From the NCBI GenBank assembly GCA_050084985.1, contig JBITNC010000001.1:63302001-63366000 (forward strand): a DNA stretch of 64,000 bases, given 5' to 3'. Numbering within the stretch: the stretch's first letter is position 1; each line of letters begins with the position of its first letter. Shown here in pieces: positions 59,930-64,000 of this stretch. A program made the translations under genes and the position numbers. This DNA is from Nageia nagi (Eukaryota; Plantae; Pinophyta). Below the pieces are notes generated by a model. That model did not search any database, had not been told where the DNA came from, and worked only from the letters and a program-made list of their open reading frames with translations.

Positions 59930-61916
59930 TTATCATTTATATCATCTTCATCAATAGGAGGTATAATATGTTTTCATTTAGGATTAATTACAAACCACAT
60001 GGTCTCATCCTTTACATCTTGAAAAAAAAAAACTTAACTAAAATGTTATGGTAAAACATAAGGCTTTTTATCTTTAGCTAAATATTTTGTGGAGTTGATT
60101 GCGAAGTATTCACTATTATCATCATGTAAGATTATTCTTCTATTAATTGTGTCGAACCATTTACATATAAATACTACACATTGGAATTATCTATAATCCA
60201 ACTGAATAATTTATATAATTTTTTCAACATATTATAATGTTCCTTCTATCAAATTTTTATCTCTTGTACTTGCACAACTTGCTTGGTCAAAATCAACCAT
60301 CACTCCACAATCAAATGTCACTCTATTCTAATCAATCTTTTCAATTATAAAGTGTTGACCATATGCCCACATTTAAGAGAAAGACAATGCATGTAAACAT
60401 TTACATAAATAATATTATTAGTGCAATCATTACATTTATATAAACTATCATGCTCTTATACAAATATCAAAAATTAAATGCATATCTATAAATTAATAAT
60501 AATTACATTTTGATTGCATACAATGGCTATATATTGAACATCTTCATTTATATTTTCATACCCTTATCTTTCTTTCTCATCAATTGCTTCCCTCAACCAT
60601 GACCTTGGACACTCTGTTGGCCAATTTTCATCTCTTAGCTGTGCAGGTAGAGATGTACCCCTTAGATTTTATCTGTGAAACAAGGTACATTCTTCTACCA
60701 ATCTACTTCTTTTACTTTTGTACAATTCAATCCACTCCTTGCAACATTCCATATTCATCATGATAAACTAGTTTATAGATTCAAACTTGTGATAATTTAT
60801 AAAATCATGATGATACAATATATATCCATTAATAATTATTTATTAAATTAAATCCAAAATGTATGTTATACATATTATTATAAATTAGTAATATATTTAA
60901 TATTGTTAGTACCTTTAATAGTATAATTTATCCCATTATATTATAAAATTTGTCCTTCAAATTTTTTTATATCTTTGTCTACTTACCACATATTTGGTGT
61001 AGAAGAATGGATTTGGATAATACATTTAGATGCATAAAAAAGATTCTTATACAATGTATCTCTCATCCATTGATCCTTTTGGTCATGATTTTCATCTAAC
61101 AAATGCTTTTAGTACTTTTAAAAATATCTCCACAAAAAATATGCTTCTAATACTTATAACACCTACTATTTCTATATCATCTACAAGGTGGATCAATATG
61201 TGCACTTGTATGTTCACAAAAGCAACAAGTATTTTCTTTTCAAATGTACAAATAATTTTAGCAATTTCTTTGCACCATCTAGGTATTTCGCTCACATGTA
61301 TCTCCTTTCTAATTATCCACCTACTGATAAAAATATAATACCATCAAATGTCTTCAAAATTGATAGAAAAAATAGAAAATAACAATAATAAAACATGTAC
61401 TATTTTTTCATAAAGAAGTATCATAACATGAAATACCTTAGAAATGTTGATAGTCAATCAATTACCTTTTTAAGATATGGAGGTAAATTCTTACATCCAC
61501 GAATTGTAAGTGGAAAAATATGTTGTACATAAAGTTATGTATTGTGCAAGTAGTATTAATCATTATATTTTAAAAAATATATATTAATACAAAAAAAAAT
61601 GATTTCTATGGACATATAATATGAGAATAGCTTCAAGAAGTTATGGTACTCATGAGATTTTAATCTTGTTATTCTACCATTAGTAGTGAATGCTTTTCTT
61701 AGCGATGATCCATACTGAGTTGGTGTTCTAATGATTTTAATAACATTATGTACCATGTTCACTTATTCTTTATACATTATCCATGGTAAGTGAGCATGTA
61801 TTTTTTTCATTCTATTTTATATCCATAAGGCATGCTTTATGTTGATGTCTCTTAAGTCATTTCTTACATTAATAGTATCAGATTTTGTAGTTGTTGTACA
61901 TCAATACAAAGAAGAT
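59930..61916 (-). mobile_element. CACTA (En/Spm) transposase remnant (DUF4218/DUF4216 region), interrupted at 61917 by an LTR element
   Basis: IRTPTQYGSSL...LKSHEYHNFL (61556-61762); IICTFEK...QVHILIHLVDDIEIVG...FVEIFLKVLKAFVR (61092-61295); VVFICKWFD and KPYVLP (~60045-60180). Confidence 0.85.
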
Positions 61917-64000
61917 TGTAATGACCCTATTTTTAAGAATATCTTGCATTTGGGATTTTCCACAAATCTTTTCTCCTACAAGTCAGATATGGTCGTTGCA
62001 CCTTCATAATTGGATAGAGCATCTCGTGGCATTTGTTTTAAGTGGTCACATGACCCCTTTTGGACAAGAAATGAAGGAGTTATGGCTACTTGAAGTTTGC
62101 TAGTTGGACCAATCTTCCATGTCGTGCCTACACATGAAAATCCACTTAACTTAGTGGATTTTTACTTAAAAGTGCAATGTTGAATTATAATAAACTTTTA
62201 TGTTATTCTAATATTATTTTAAGTACTTTTATTTATAGTAAGGTCAATCAATGGCTTAGATTAGCTTAGAGGGGTTAATGCAAGATTAGGGTTGGAGTCT
62301 ATATAAGGAGATGCAAACACTCCATTTTGGGTATGCTATGTGATATGAGAATTGAATATTGAAACCCTAGAGTTTCCATGAGTTGAGATTACAGGTCTTG
62401 TTCATTCCCATAGTGCATTGGAGGTGCATGGTTGGGGACTTGGCAATATCATTAAGGTGTTATTGCCCTAAAATATCAAAAATACAAAAAGAGGCATCTG
62501 TGAGTGGTTCGTGGCATTTCTTTTGTGGAGGGATTCACTCAGTTTGGAAAGTTTGTATTTGCATTTTTAGTTTCGTGAGGATTCCATTTGTCCATTCCAG
62601 CTTGTATTGGTTTGGAAATATTTAATATATATGATACTGGTTGATTTCTCCTCATACTAGTGTTATTTTATGAGCAATTTCTGAGTTATTTTATTGTTGT
62701 AATTTATTTTTGCATTTTTATATTGAGGGTTTGCTAGAAATAAAGAAATAAAAAATAAAAGAAACATCACAAGTGGTATCAGAGCTTGGATCTTGCCAAC
62801 CTGTGGTTAGATCTAACATTTTTCAAAGATTTGGAGTTAATGTTTCTGCAAAAAATTTAGATCTTCAGTTTCTAGCATCTAGGTGTTGAATATTTTTGGG
62901 GGATCTAAGAGATCAAGGAGTTTTGCATTTTAAAAGCAATTTTTCAAGGTTAAAAGGCATTTTTTAAAGAAAATCTACATTCCTAGACTAAGTCATCTAG
63001 GGTTGAGAGATAAGAATTGTAGGATTGAAAGCTATTTTCAAACATAGAAAGTCTTGATCTATTATTCTAGCTAGTCAGAAAAATTTTGCTCAAGGATTCT
63101 AAGCAAAATTGGAGTTTTGAGTAAAAAAATTTTACGGAATTTTTAGATCTAGCATTTTTCAATGTTTTTCAATTATGGGTATCTCAGTTTCAGAGTTTTT
63201 TAGAATTAAGGTTGCTAATTTTATAGTGAAAATCATTTTGGGTATTGCAGATTCTTAGTAATTTATTTGGTTGCAGAAAGAAACCCTAATTTCATGGGTA
63301 TCAAGAAACCCTATTTTGAGGGGCCATTTGAGGCCAATTTTAGAGTTCCAGCATTAGATCCAGCATACTAAGCTGAACATCTAACCCTAAGGGGTATTTT
63401 TGAACACTTTGTATGCAGTTTTAAGCTTTTAGAAGGGTTTTTTAGAGGAAAAACAAGAAGGTGACATTTTTGAAGATTCAGTTAGTTAGAGGTATTTATC
63501 GAGGGTTTGAAGGTTGATGTTTGCTAAGAGTGGATCATGGAACTATTCAAGAGAAAAGAGAATGAGCAGAAGTTGGATGTAATGATTATTTTGATGCAAA
63601 AGATGGTGACATTAAAGTAAGCAAATAGACAAGCAATAGTGACATTAAAAAGGGAAAACATGCAATAAAATAGAACCAGTGGACCTAAGGGAGAGAAAAG
63701 ACAAGTGCAACAAAAAATGACCATTCCCACCTTTAATGGTCAAGATAATTTATCAACTTTGAGAAAAATAGAGAAAGCTAAAATTTTCCATAAAAAAGAA
63801 GAGCTTGAGGAGAATTGTGCAAAAAATTTTGAAGTTGTTCCTACCATTGAAAAAGAGGAAAGGGGCCAAACAAAAATTTTTGAAGAAAATGCAAGTAGTG
63901 AAGACATTTCAGCAATGGAGCATGGTTCGTCTAGCATGATTGATTTCACTCAAGAGATTGGTGATAGAGATGCTACTCTCCCTCTTGAGGTATGTTTGAA
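61917..64000 (+). mobile_element. 5' end of a Ty3/Gypsy (chromovirus-like) LTR retrotransposon: LTR 61917-62771, PBS, gag remnant; continues beyond the window
   Basis: LTR TGTAATGACCC...CATCACA; TATA CTATATAAGG at ~62299; perfect PBS TGGTATCAGAGC at 62774-62785; gag-like KMTIPTFNGQD at ~63714-63746. Confidence 0.8.

Overview
AT-rich eukaryotic plant nuclear DNA. The 10-kb introns, heavily decayed nested retrotransposons and the element types suggest a gymnosperm (inference). There is one host gene: a minus-strand, 8-exon TAF12b-like gene (TFIID/SAGA subunit; Gln-rich N-terminus plus C-terminal histone fold) at 26979-56042. As assembled it carries two separate 1-nt deletions (exon 3 near 39251, exon 4 near 29354) that would remove the histone fold, although all splice sites are intact. 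Left of the gene is a three-level LTR nest with exact target-site duplications (TSDs). Copia element C (8862-17658, TSD TTGAG) sits inside Ogre/Tat-like Ty3 element A (4330-20924, TSD CTATG), which sits inside the gag of an older related Ty3 element B (about 1577-22438). The introns hold a Ty3-type accessory ORF preceded by a ~71-bp tandem array, a hAT MITE, a decayed hAT transposon, an L1 with RNase H and an extra 3' coding region, and two L1-ORF1-only (HAL1-like) derivatives. Right of the gene are an L1 remnant, a decayed REM/B3-domain gene missed by the ORF track, a CACTA transposase remnant and the 5' end of another Ty3 element. No rRNA, tRNA or CRISPR was seen. All calls come from manual reading and translation; no database search was run.
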